A DNA stretch of 64,000 bases from Obrimoposthia wandeli (lineage: Eukaryota). The notes below the pieces were generated by a model. That model saw only the letters and a program-made list of their open reading frames with translations. It made no database searches and was not told the origin of the DNA. The stretch covers positions 248,001-312,000 of the forward strand of contig CDROCS010003840.1 of NCBI GenBank assembly GCA_977020255.1. Reading direction: 5' to 3'. This document shows, one piece after another, positions 42,350 through 52,012 of this stretch. The translations under genes and the position numbers were made by a program. The first letter of the stretch is position 1; the number at the start of each line of letters is the position of its first letter.

Positions 42350-43398
42350 GTAAATCTTTTCAAAATAAAGCATTCAAAACAAAAATCGTATTTGATGAAG
42401 CGAAACAAACAGATTCAGATGCAGATGCAGAATTGACCGCTCAAGTACAATTCGCAGAGAGCAATACCTTTTTGCCAGAAGTGAAAGCTGATGATGATAT
42501 AGAAGAGCAGCTTTCTCATACTTTGGCGAGTAAACCGAAGAAACGTTCGAGCTGGTTTAAAGGTTTATTGGTTGCTGGCGCGGCGATGACAGGTTGGCAA
42601 ACGGTGGATTATGTTGTTTCAGCCTATCAAACCGGCGATTGGTTAGCATTAGGTTGGAGCGTTATTGTCGCAGGTATTGCGACAATGGGAATTACTGCGC
42701 TGGGACGTGAATTATTGACACTTCGCCGTTTAAAGCAACGGCAGACAGAGCGTGAGCAAGCACAAGTATTATTAGATGCAGACGGTATTGGGCAAGGTAA
42801 AGCGTTTTGTATGAAGTTGGCCAAGCTAAGTGATATCCGTGATGAACATGCAGGTTATGAGCGGTGGGTGCAGTCATTAGCAGCCACGCACAACGATCGG
42901 GAAGTACTTGAACTGTATGACCAAATGGTACTCAGCCATCAAGACCGATTATCACGTCAGCTGGTGGCTAAGTATTCGAGTGAAGCGGCAGTCATGGTTG
43001 CAATGAGCCCGCTAGCGGTGGTAGACATGTTGCTGGTGGCATGGCGGAACTTCAAATTGATCGAGCAAGTCTCTGTCGTCTATGGGGTTGAGCTAGGCTA
43101 TTGGTCTCGTATTAAGTTGGTTAAATTAGTATTAGCCAATATGGCTTTTGCTGGGGCAACGGAAGTGATTGCCGATACGGGAATGGATATGCTATCGATG
43201 GATTTAGCTGGTCGAGTGTCAACCCGAGTTGCCCAAGGTGTGGGGGTAGGTTTGCTGACGGGTCGATTGGGGCTTAAAGCAATTACATTAATGCGACCAT
43301 TACCATGGCAACCCGATCAACAGCCAAAATTGAGTGAAATACGACGTGATTTATTACTGAAGTTAACGCATAAAAATGAAAGCTCACAAAATAATTAA
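42346..43398 (+). CDS. ycjF: YcjF-family membrane protein
   Basis: AMSPLAVVDM and GVGVGLLTGRLG motifs; follows ycjX. Confidence 0.94.
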   Translation: MSKSFQNKAFKTKIVFDEAKQTDSDADAELTAQVQFAESNTFLPEVKADDDIEEQLSHTLASKPKKRSSWFKGLLVAGAAMTGWQTVDYVVSAYQTGDWLALGWSVIVAGIATMGITALGRELLTLRRLKQRQTEREQAQVLLDADGIGQGKAFCMKLAKLSDIRDEHAGYERWVQSLAATHNDREVLELYDQMVLSHQDRLSRQLVAKYSSEAAVMVAMSPLAVVDMLLVAWRNFKLIEQVSVVYGVELGYWSRIKLVKLVLANMAFAGATEVIADTGMDMLSMDLAGRVSTRVAQGVGVGLLTGRLGLKAITLMRPLPWQPDQQPKLSEIRRDLLLKLTHKNESSQNN

Positions 43399-43544
43399 TA
43401 GTAATAAATAACAATGAGATAGTTGTTTTATTAGTGATAATTATTAGCTTGGTCGATTATAAAGTGAATTTATAGTCGACTAATCTCTCATCATACAACA
43501 TCAGTGACTTGACTCATTTTCCGCTTCGTCGCACACTTCATAAG

Positions 43545-43562
43545 TGTCAACTATTCCTGACA
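43545..43562. promoter_or_regulatory. TyrR box (autoregulation)
   Basis: TGTCAA-CTATTC-CTGACA upstream of tyrR. Confidence 0.7.
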
Positions 43563-43644
43563 CATTAAACTGAATCATCGTAATATTAATTGAAAGCGTA
43601 ATTCCGCTGCAGTTAAACGACGTTTATATCATAAGGCGCACGAT

Positions 43645-45180
43645 ATGAGGCTACAGGTCTTTTGTGAAGATCGACTAGGAATGACCCGAGAGCTGCTGGA
43701 TATTCTTACCAGTCAAGAGATTGATCTCAGGGGAATTGAAATTGATCGCATTGGTATTATTTATCTCAATTGTCCTGAAATTGAATTTGAACCATTTAGC
43801 CAGCTTATGTCGCAAATACGTCAGTTAGACGGTGTTACAGATGTACGGAAAATTCAGTTCATGCCGAGTGAACGAGAGCATAAAGAGCTAAAAGCCTTAT
43901 TACAAACGCTGCCCGACCCATTTTTCTCTATAAATCTCAGTGGTAAAGTTGACCTAATTAATGAAGCTGCAGAGCAATTAATGAGCAACGTGAGTACTGA
44001 TGTTTTAGGTGAGTACATTCAGATTCTTCTTGGCTTTAACTACACCCGATGGGTCGAAAAAGAAGGGGCAAACAAGCGTAGTGAAATGGTCGTCATTGCG
44101 GGTTTAGACTACCTGATGGACGTTATGCCAGTATATGTTACGAATGAAAATGAAGAGTCTGTCATGGTGAGTGCTGTGATTTTACTCAAATCATTATCTG
44201 AAGCTAAAATGCCCATTGTAATGCGAGAGATCAGTGGTGATAACGGCTTTGAACATTTAGTCGGTCAATCTTCACGTTTTAAGCACCTTTTAGTTCAAGC
44301 GAAGAAGCTTGCATTACTCGATGCCCCCTTATTGATTCAAGGCGAAACAGGAACAGGTAAAGAAATGTTAGCGCGTGCTTGCCATCAACGCTCAATGCGT
44401 CGTGAGCACCCATTTCTTGTCGTGAACTGTGTCTCAATGCCAGATAATGCAGCAGAAACTGAATTATTTGGCTTTTCTGGCGGCGCAAATGAAGCCGGGA
44501 AAAAAGGCATTTTTGAACAAGCTGCTGGTGGTACGGTTTTCTTGTATGAAATCGGAGAAATGTCGGCACACTTACAAATAAAATTACTTCGATTCTTACA
44601 AGATGGGACTTTTCGCCGCGTAGGGGAAGAAGAAGAAATTAAAGTTGATGTACGGGTTATTTGCTCGACTCAGAAAAAATTGCCTGATCTTATTGCTGCG
44701 GGTGAATTCCGTGAAGACTTGTATTATCGCTTAAATGTGCTGGCCCTAGTTGTGCCACCATTACGTGAACGTACCGCTGATATTGTGCCTCTTGCTGAGT
44801 TATTTTTAGCGCAATTTGCTCAAGAGTTGCAGCAAGCTAAGCCTAAAATTTCAGACAAACTTTCTCAGTACCTTAGTCAATACGCATGGCCGGGTAATAT
44901 TAGGCAATTACGAAACGTATTATTCCGTGCGATGACACAAGTCGAAGGGCCTGAAATTACGATTGATGATGTTCAATTACCAGAAAATGAAACAACTAGC
45001 ATTATTAGTGATGAAACACTTGATGGTTCGTTGGATGAAATCATGAAACGTTATGAATCGGGTATATTGTCTAACCTTTACAGTAGCTATCCATCAACGC
45101 GAAAGTTAGCAAAACGCCTTGGTGTATCTCATACCGCTGTTGCGAATAAATTGCGCGAGTATGGTTTAAGTAAACGTTAA
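43645..45180 (+). CDS. tyrR: Aromatic amino acid regulator TyrR
   Basis: MRLQVFCEDRLG ACT domain, GETGTGKE and HTH LGVSHTAVANKLREYG. Confidence 0.96.
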   Translation: MRLQVFCEDRLGMTRELLDILTSQEIDLRGIEIDRIGIIYLNCPEIEFEPFSQLMSQIRQLDGVTDVRKIQFMPSEREHKELKALLQTLPDPFFSINLSGKVDLINEAAEQLMSNVSTDVLGEYIQILLGFNYTRWVEKEGANKRSEMVVIAGLDYLMDVMPVYVTNENEESVMVSAVILLKSLSEAKMPIVMREISGDNGFEHLVGQSSRFKHLLVQAKKLALLDAPLLIQGETGTGKEMLARACHQRSMRREHPFLVVNCVSMPDNAAETELFGFSGGANEAGKKGIFEQAAGGTVFLYEIGEMSAHLQIKLLRFLQDGTFRRVGEEEEIKVDVRVICSTQKKLPDLIAAGEFREDLYYRLNVLALVVPPLRERTADIVPLAELFLAQFAQELQQAKPKISDKLSQYLSQYAWPGNIRQLRNVLFRAMTQVEGPEITIDDVQLPENETTSIISDETLDGSLDEIMKRYESGILSNLYSSYPSTRKLAKRLGVSHTAVANKLREYGLSKR

Positions 45181-45241
45181 TTCATTATTCTATAATCAGG
45201 TAAATACCACACTGAGGTGAGTGACAGTGTGGTATTTCTCT

Positions 45242-45745
45242 TTATTTGATAATGGTTGGTATCAGCGATAGCTGGCCCGATTCTAATGCCAGTAATTGAG
45301 AGACCATTTCTTGACCGTAGCGATAATTACATAATGAATTGTTGTTGTTGAGCACGCGGTGGCAAGGAATAATAATTGGAATGGGGTTTACGTTTCTTGT
45401 TATACCAATAGCTGGAGCAGCACTCGATGTGCCAAGCTTGTCGGCGATTTGTTGGTAGTTGAAGGTTTCACCAAAGGGGATTTCAGTGAGCGTTTGCCAA
45501 ACTTTTTGTTGGAACGGTGTGCCTTGAGGCGCTAAAGGAATGGTGAATTTTTGCCTTTTCCCACTTAGATATTCTGTAAGTTGATCCGTGTAAGGTTTCA
45601 TAGCATCGGGATCATGTTCCCAACTTGAATCGGGACTAAATCCAGCGCTACCCACAGTGAGTTGTCGTAACCCTTTGCTGTCGGCAAGAAGGTAGACTTT
45701 TCCTAGTACAGTATCAATAACGTCGTAATACATCATAACAGCCAA
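45242..45745 (-). CDS. ogt: Methylated-DNA--protein-cysteine methyltransferase
   Basis: GTPFQQKVW and IPCHRV active-site motif. Confidence 0.85.
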   Translation of the reverse strand: MAVMMYYDVIDTVLGKVYLLADSKGLRQLTVGSAGFSPDSSWEHDPDAMKPYTDQLTEYLSGKRQKFTIPLAPQGTPFQQKVWQTLTEIPFGETFNYQQIADKLGTSSAAPAIGITRNVNPIPIIIPCHRVLNNNNSLCNYRYGQEMVSQLLALESGQLSLIPTIIK

Positions 45746-45773
45746 AGTACACCATAAGTTTTAAGGGACTAAT

Positions 45774-46355
45774 TTGTTTAACTCTATTATAAACCGCTCT
45801 ACAACATTAGTGGTTGATGAACTTAAAATTCGTTTGATCGATAACAAAGATTCTGCTCGAATTACAGCTTACTACCAAAAAAACCGAGCATATCTACAGC
45901 CATGGGAACCGTTACGCGATGAAAATTTTTTCTTGCCTGCAGGGTGGGAGAAGAGGCTGTTACAGTTAACCGAACTTCATAAGCACAATCTTGCTTATTA
46001 TTTTGTTATTACGATGAAAGATTCAGATGACATTATAGGGGTTATCAACTTTAGTAATTTAGTGAAGCACCCATTTCATGCATGCCATGTCGGCTACTCA
46101 TTAGCTGAAGACTATCAAGGCAAAGGCATTATGCATCGTGCACTTGATGCCGTTGTCGAGTGGATGTTTGAAGAGAAACAGTTTCACCGCATTATGGCTG
46201 CCTATATGCCAAGAAATAAACGCAGTGGTAAAGTACTAGAAGATTTAGGCTTTGAAAAAGAAGGCAGAGCGAAAGAGTACTTGCTGATCAATGGTAAATG
46301 GGAAGATCATATACTTACCGCAAAAACGAATCATAACTGGGTGCCACCCAAGTAG
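45774..46355 (+). CDS. rimJ: Ribosomal protein alanine N-acetyltransferase
   Basis: LQPWEP, QGKGIM, HRIMAAYMPRN and INGKWEDH motifs. Confidence 0.9.
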   Translation: MFNSIINRSTTLVVDELKIRLIDNKDSARITAYYQKNRAYLQPWEPLRDENFFLPAGWEKRLLQLTELHKHNLAYYFVITMKDSDDIIGVINFSNLVKHPFHACHVGYSLAEDYQGKGIMHRALDAVVEWMFEEKQFHRIMAAYMPRNKRSGKVLEDLGFEKEGRAKEYLLINGKWEDHILTAKTNHNWVPPK

Positions 46356-46485
46356 CTAACAGGCTCGTAAACATTGTTTGCTAATGACTTCATAATGCCT
46401 ATGTTTTATTGCCCAGCGTGCTTACTGTTATTACCTGATATAAAAAAGGCTTGCTATTACAGCAAGCCTTTTATGTTTTAGAGGC

Positions 46486-47931
46486 TTATTCGACAGTAAG
46501 AATACGCATATTGTTAGTAGAACCAACCGTATCCATTACGTCACCTTGAGTAATAATAACAAGATCACCCGTTGTTAAGTAACCATGTTCTTTTAGAACA
46601 GCCAGCGCGTGTTTAGCCGCTTCAAGACCTGCGTCGCTATCTCGATCGAAATAGACTGGTGTTACACCGCGGTACAGTGAAGAACGGTTCAACGTACTTT
46701 CGTTACGAGACATCGCGAAAATAGGCAAACCAGATGAGATACGAGACATCATTAGTGGTGTACGACCAGATTCAGTCATAGCTACCATCGCTTTTACGCC
46801 TTCCATATGGTTTGCAGCATACATGGTAGACATTGCGATAGTTTCTTCAGATGACGCAAATGTGTGATCTAAACGGTGATTGGATATATTGATGCTAGGC
46901 TCTTTTTCTGCACCAATACAAACACTCGACATTGCTTGAACCGTTTCAACAGGGAAATCACCCGCTGCTGTTTCTGCAGAAAGCATTACTGCATCAGTAC
47001 CATCCAATACGGCGTTAGCAACGTCCATCACTTCTGCACGTGTTGGCATCGGGCTAGTAATCATCGACTCCATCATTTGAGTCGCAGTAATAACGGTGCG
47101 GTTAAGGCTACGAGCACGACGAATCAATTTCTTTTGAACGCCAACCAGCTCAGGATCGCCAATTTCAACACCAAGGTCACCACGAGCAACCATCACAACA
47201 TCAGATGCCATGATGATGTCATCCATTGCTTCTGTTGTAGCAACAGCTTCTGCACGCTCAACTTTAGCGACTAACTTAGCTTCAAGACCAGCATCTAACG
47301 CTAGGCTTCGAGCATATTTCATGTCTTCGCCGTTACGTGGGAATGATACAGCAAGGTAGTCAACACGCATTTTTGCCGCTGTAATAATGTCGGCTTTGTC
47401 TTTATCGGTTAGTGCTTCAGCAGAAAGCCCACCGCCTTTTTTGTTGATGCCTTTATTGTTAGATAATGGGCCACCAACAGTGACTTCGGTATGTACTTTA
47501 TTTCCACTAACGGCTGTTACTTTAAGTTGAACACGACCATCGTCTAGAAGTAAAACATCGCCAGTCACAACATCATTGGGTAGCTCTTTATAGTCAAGAC
47601 CGACTGCATCTTGATAACCTTCACCTTTTGGAAGGTCGCTATCTAGCGTGAACGTATCACCGATAGCCAGTTGAATTTTACCGTCTTTAAAAGTAGAAAC
47701 TCGAATTTTCGGACCTTGAAGGTCGCCAAGAATAGCAATATGCTTACCAAGTTTTGCTGCAATTTCACGTACCTTTTTTGTACGTTGAATGTGATCTTCA
47801 GAGCTACCGTGAGAGAAGTTCATTCGAACTACGTTAGCGCCAGCAGCGATAATTTTTTCAAGGTTATTATCGCGGTCAGTGGCGGGGCCTAGTGTAGTTA
47901 CGATTTTGGTACGTCTTAGTCGTTCAGACAT
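46486..47931 (-). CDS. pykA: Pyruvate kinase II
   Basis: [19 protein letters not shown] and TATQMMESM motifs; adjacent to hexR. Confidence 0.96.
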   Translation of the reverse strand: MSERLRRTKIVTTLGPATDRDNNLEKIIAAGANVVRMNFSHGSSEDHIQRTKKVREIAAKLGKHIAILGDLQGPKIRVSTFKDGKIQLAIGDTFTLDSDLPKGEGYQDAVGLDYKELPNDVVTGDVLLLDDGRVQLKVTAVSGNKVHTEVTVGGPLSNNKGINKKGGGLSAEALTDKDKADIITAAKMRVDYLAVSFPRNGEDMKYARSLALDAGLEAKLVAKVERAEAVATTEAMDDIIMASDVVMVARGDLGVEIGDPELVGVQKKLIRRARSLNRTVITATQMMESMITSPMPTRAEVMDVANAVLDGTDAVMLSAETAAGDFPVETVQAMSSVCIGAEKEPSINISNHRLDHTFASSEETIAMSTMYAANHMEGVKAMVAMTESGRTPLMMSRISSGLPIFAMSRNESTLNRSSLYRGVTPVYFDRDSDAGLEAAKHALAVLKEHGYLTTGDLVIITQGDVMDTVGSTNNMRILTVE

Positions 47932-48005
47932 TTGAAACTCCATCTTTTATTTAACGGTTCATTGCAGTTATACCGATCACATCGTGTACCAGTTACTGAC
48001 ATAAT

Positions 48006-48020
48006 TGAAATATTACTACA
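48006..48020. promoter_or_regulatory. Putative HexR operator upstream of pykA
   Basis: Reverse complement TGTAG-TAATA-TTTCA; the same pattern recurs at 49316-49330. Confidence 0.5.
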
Positions 48021-48250
48021 GGAAAGTGAATATGAAAGCTGTTCTTCATCAATAAACTGAAAAAAACATACATTTATTATGAGAGTATAGGATGAATATT
48101 TCCTTACAATTATTGAATGAATTTACCGGTGTAGTTATTGATTCATTGATTACTTAAATAGATTCAATGCGTAGACGACGGCTCAATGTTTGATTAAAAA
48201 AAAAGGCACGAATATTTATTCGAGCCTTTTTTTATAGAGATAATGTAGGG

Positions 48251-49105
48251 TTAAATAATATTATCTTTTGAAAAACGAGAGTCTTTTAATGATTCCTTTA
48301 CACGTTTTAAGTTTTCTCTAAAGCCTGAACCACGGCGTAATGTAAAGCCAGTAGCAAGCACGTCAATGACGGTCATTTGTACTACACGGCTAGCCATTGG
48401 CATGTATATGTCAGTGTCTTCAGGTACATCGAGGCATATAGAGAGAGAGCATTCACGATCAAGCGGTGAATCTTTGGCTGTAATGCCAATAACGGTAGCG
48501 CCATTTTCACGAGCAATACGTGCTATATCTACCAAACTTTTGGTACGACCTGTGTGGGAAATCATTACAACAACATCACCATCTGAACAATTGATGACAC
48601 TCATGCGCTGCATAACGATATCGTCAAAGCATACAATAGGAATGTTAAAACGGAAAAATTTGTTTTGTGCATCGTGCGCGACAGATGCTGATGCCCCTAA
48701 ACCAAAGAACGATATTTTCTTCGCTTGAGTCAGCAAATCAACAGAACGGTTGATTTGTATTGGGTCAAGGCTATTCTTAGCTACATCAAGACAAGCCATA
48801 GTAGATTCGAATATTTTTGAGGTGTAAGCATCTGGGCTATCATCTTCTTCGACATTACGGTTAACGTAAGGCGTTCCATTTGCAAGGCTTTGAGCTAAAT
48901 GCAATTTGAAGTCAGGGAAACCTTTGGTGTCTAAGCGCCGACAGAAACGGTTAACCGTAGGCTCACTAACATCCGCCATTTTAGCGAGTGTAGCAATGCT
49001 TGAATGAATAGCTGTTTGTGGTGATGCAATAATTACTTCAGCAACTTTACGTTCGGATTTACTGAAGTTATCTAAATTTTTTTGAACTTTTTCTAGGGTA
49101 TTCAT
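48251..49105 (-). CDS. hexR: RpiR-family regulator HexR
   Basis: FSKSERKVAE, VSEPTVNRFC HTH, SIS domain and YMPMASR. Confidence 0.94.
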   Translation of the reverse strand: MNTLEKVQKNLDNFSKSERKVAEVIIASPQTAIHSSIATLAKMADVSEPTVNRFCRRLDTKGFPDFKLHLAQSLANGTPYVNRNVEEDDSPDAYTSKIFESTMACLDVAKNSLDPIQINRSVDLLTQAKKISFFGLGASASVAHDAQNKFFRFNIPIVCFDDIVMQRMSVINCSDGDVVVMISHTGRTKSLVDIARIARENGATVIGITAKDSPLDRECSLSICLDVPEDTDIYMPMASRVVQMTVIDVLATGFTLRRGSGFRENLKRVKESLKDSRFSKDNII

Positions 49106-49315
49106 AGTGATTACCGCGTTAGTTGCTGAATTACATTCGTGGGCTTAATTAAGATATAAAGCCAATATGGTGAAACTATACTACTTTTCATCGATTCGCT
49201 CCTAGTAGTTAGCTTTCTATTTTTATTATAGTTTGATCGGGATCGACTTTTTTCTTTCAGTTTTGAAACTAAATTCAAAAAATAAGGCTTTTTTTACTCT
49301 TATAAAAGGTTATTT

Positions 49316-49330
49316 TGTAGTTTAATTTCA
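49316..49330. promoter_or_regulatory. Putative HexR operator in the hexR divergent gap
   Basis: TGTAG-TTTAA-TTTCA; weaker copy at 49171-49185. Confidence 0.45.
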
Positions 49331-49432
49331 TGTGTGAGGGATTAATTTACAGGGTGAAATAAATAAAAAGTCATTTTATATCTTTTAGCGCACTTCGGTA
49401 TGTTTTTAAATATAACAAGATAAGGTAATAGT

Positions 49433-50260
49433 ATGAAAGTAAGTATATGTGGTTGTGGTTGGTTAGGTTTACCGTTGGCAAAATATTTAGTGTCTCAAGG
49501 CTTTGATGTCTATGGCAGTAAAACAAGCCTAGAGGCGGCTAAACAGCTAGAAAGTGTCGGTATTCATGGTTTTGAATTAACGATTCCGCTTGAGCAATCA
49601 CAGATCAGCCCTGATATGAACGCTTTTTTCGCCACAGATTTGCTGGTTATCAATGTTCCACCAAGACGAAGAACAGTACAGAGTGATGAGTATATTGCTT
49701 CGGTTTTATCATTATCTGTAGCAGCAAAGGAAAATGGTTGTAAGCGAGTTATTTTTATCAGTACCACATCGGTATATGGCAATATGCAAGGTGAAATTAC
49801 GGAGTCAATGCAACCAAGCCCTGATGGTGAATCGGGTATAGCACATTATAAATTAGAACAACTATTGCGTGACATATGGGAAGATGATTTAGTTGTGTTG
49901 CGCTTGTCTGGATTGATTGGACCGAATCGTCATCCTGCTAAGTTTTTATCGGGGCGCACTGGCATCAAGGGGGGGAAATCACCGGTTAATTTAATTCACC
50001 TTGATGACTGTATTCAAGCAATCACGAGCATTATTGTAAAATCCCCAGATTTAAAAACACTGCATCTGGCTGCGCCTAGCCACCCAACACGTGAAGCGTA
50101 TTACACTGCGATGGCATTAAAAGCGGGTCTAGAGCTGCCGAGCTTTGAGGACGATTTAACACCAAAAGGGAAAGTGATTAATTCAGATAGAACAATTAAA
50201 GCGTTAAATCTATCGTTGAAACATCCAGAACTTGCGGTATCAGCGTTAGACATTGGTTGA
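49433..50260 (+). CDS. Atypical SDR / NAD(P)-dependent epimerase-dehydratase (YeeZ-like)
   Basis: GCGWLG, FISTTSVYG, LRLSGLIGP and VNLIHLDD motifs. Confidence 0.88.
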   Translation: MKVSICGCGWLGLPLAKYLVSQGFDVYGSKTSLEAAKQLESVGIHGFELTIPLEQSQISPDMNAFFATDLLVINVPPRRRTVQSDEYIASVLSLSVAAKENGCKRVIFISTTSVYGNMQGEITESMQPSPDGESGIAHYKLEQLLRDIWEDDLVVLRLSGLIGPNRHPAKFLSGRTGIKGGKSPVNLIHLDDCIQAITSIIVKSPDLKTLHLAAPSHPTREAYYTAMALKAGLELPSFEDDLTPKGKVINSDRTIKALNLSLKHPELAVSALDIG

Positions 50261-50277
50261 ATTTTGACGTATCAGGT

Positions 50278-50418
50278 AAAAAAAATCCTGTTGAAAATCA
50301 ACAGGAAATTGTTTTTACACAATAAGGAATTTGTAGCAGCAGTGGCAATTCAGACTATCTAGCTAAATGTAACTTCATCATCCTTTTGGTAAGGATGCGA
50401 ACCAGTAATCTCAATCAT
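50278..50418 (-). ncRNA. VrrA-like sigmaE-dependent sRNA, copy 1 (variant 3' end and terminator)
   Basis: GAACTA-N16-TCTTA promoter at 50424-50450; GCCACTGCT seed; AATTCCTTATTGTGT; TCCTGTTGA/TCAACAGGA hairpin plus T tract. Confidence 0.7.
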
Positions 50419-50534
50419 AGTAATAAGAGTGTGTATTGCTGAGATAGTTCAGATTAATTTTAAAAAAATTAGTCATTTGTTTTAGCGAGAGTGTGAGAAT
50501 GCTTCGTCGGTGTTTTTGTGTGTGTTTATAGGAT

Positions 50535-50682
50535 AAAAAAATCCCGCTGAGAATAATGTCAGCGGGAGGAATGTTCAATAAAACAATTAGGAGTTTGTAG
50601 CAGCAGTGGCAATTTAGACTATCTAGCTAAATGTAATTTCATCATCCTTTTGGTAAGGATGCGAACCAGTAATCTGAATCAT
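50535..50682 (-). ncRNA. VrrA-like sRNA, copy 2
   Basis: Same promoter; GCCACTGCT seed; AACTCCTAATTGT; TCCCGCTGA/TCAGCGGGA terminator. Confidence 0.7.
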
Positions 50683-50798
50683 AGTAATAAGAGTGTGTAT
50701 TGCTGAGATAGTTCAGATTAATTTAAAAAAGTGTCTTATTTACTTTAGCGAGAGAGTGAGAATGCTTTGGCGGTGTTTTTTTTGTGTGTTTATAGGAT

Positions 50799-50946
50799 AA
50801 AAAAATCCCGCTGAGAATAATGTCAGCGGGAGGAATGTTCCAAAAAACAATTAGGAGTTTGTAGCAGCAGTGGTAATTTAGACTATCTAGCTAAATGTAA
50901 CTTCATCACCCTTTTGGTAAGGATGCGAACCAGTAATCTCAATCAT
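50799..50946 (-). ncRNA. VrrA-like sRNA, copy 3
   Basis: Same architecture; ACCACTGCT seed. Confidence 0.7.
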
Positions 50947-51062
50947 AGTAATAAGAGTGTGTATTGCTGATATAGTTCAGATTAATTTAAAAAAAGTGTC
51001 TTATTTACTTTAGCGAGAGAGTGAGAATGCTTTGGGGGTGTTTTTGTGTGTGTTTTCAGGAT

Positions 51063-51210
51063 AAAAAAATCCCGCTGAGAATAATGTCAGCGGGAGGAAT
51101 GTTCCAAAAAACAATTAGGAGTTTGTAGCAGCAGTGGTAATTTAGACTATCTAGCTAAATGTAACTTCATCACCCTTTTGGTAAGGATGCGAACCAGTAA
51201 TCTCAATCAT
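51063..51210 (-). ncRNA. VrrA-like sRNA, copy 4
   Basis: Same architecture; ACCACTGCT seed. Confidence 0.7.
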
Positions 51211-51325
51211 AGTAATAAGAGTGTGTATTGCTGAGATAGTTCAGATTAATTTAAAAAAGTACCTTATTTATTTTAGCAAGAGAGTGAGGGTGCTTTGGGG
51301 GTGTTTTTTTGTGTGTTTATAGGAT

Positions 51326-51473
51326 AAAAAAATCCCGCTGAGAATAGTGTCAGCGGGAGGAATGTTCAATAAAACAATTAGGAGTTTGTAGCAGCAGTGG
51401 CAATTTAGACTATCTAGGTAAATGTAACGTCATCACCCTTTTGGTAAGGATGCGAACCAGTAATCTGAATCAT
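51326..51473 (-). ncRNA. VrrA-like sRNA, copy 5
   Basis: Same architecture; GCCACTGCT seed. Confidence 0.7.
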
Positions 51474-51578
51474 AGTAATAAGAGTGTGTATTGCTGAGAT
51501 AGTTCAGATTAATTTAAAAAAGTACCTTATTTATTTTAGAGGGTGCTTTGGGGGAATGTTTTTAGTGTTTTTCAGGAT

Positions 51579-51726
51579 AAAAAAATCCCGCTGAAAATAA
51601 TGTCAGCGGGAGGAATGTTCCAAAAAACAATTAGGAGTTTGTAGCAGCAGTGGTAATTTAGACTATCTAGGAAAATGTAACTTCATCACCCTTTCGGTAA
51701 GGATGCGAACCAGTAATCTGAATCAT
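51579..51726 (-). ncRNA. VrrA-like sRNA, copy 6
   Basis: Perfect sigmaE -35 GAACTT (51753-51758), 16-nt spacer, -10 TCTTA; ACCACTGCT seed. Confidence 0.72.
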
Positions 51727-51873
51727 AGTAATAAGAGTGTATGCTTCTTGAAAAGTTCAACAATTTTAATTTTAATAAATCATGAATATTCACTTATTGA
51801 CAACGATATTGCCTTCAACAAATGGATGGTTTTTGTTGGAGATATTGTGTACTAAAAATACATAAAAAAACTC

Positions 51874-52012
51874 GCTGAATATCAGCGAGTAGAAGTTTAA
51901 AGTATTCAAACACAATAAGTAGGAGTTTCAGCAGTAGCATTGCTAATTAAAGGAACGATTAATTTTGCGTGGGCGGCCAGCTCACAAAATAATCCTTTAA
52001 TCTTAATGTCAA
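51874..52012 (-). ncRNA. vrrA: Divergent VrrA-like sRNA, probable canonical vrrA ortholog
   Basis: GAACTA-N16-TCCTA promoter (52017-52043); ATTGACA start region, CTGGCCG, TACTGCT and AACTCCTA..TTGTGT; ACTCGCTGA/TCAGCGAGT terminator; near TetR-fadE-fabV. Confidence 0.65.

Larger units (their letters stand above)
50278..51758. repeat. Six tandem near-identical units of 253-264 bp
   Basis: Matching positions at 50418, 50682, 50946, 51210, 51473 and 51726 give periods 264, 264, 264, 263 and 253. Confidence 0.97.

Noticed and set aside
50278-51758. CRISPR array
   Set aside because: Units are about 260 bp and nearly identical throughout, with no short repeat plus unique spacer pattern and no cas genes.
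50278-51758. Repeated small-protein genes or toxin-antitoxin type I array
   Set aside because: No conserved ORF with an RBS was found in the unit; the promoter-seed-terminator layout fits sRNAs better.
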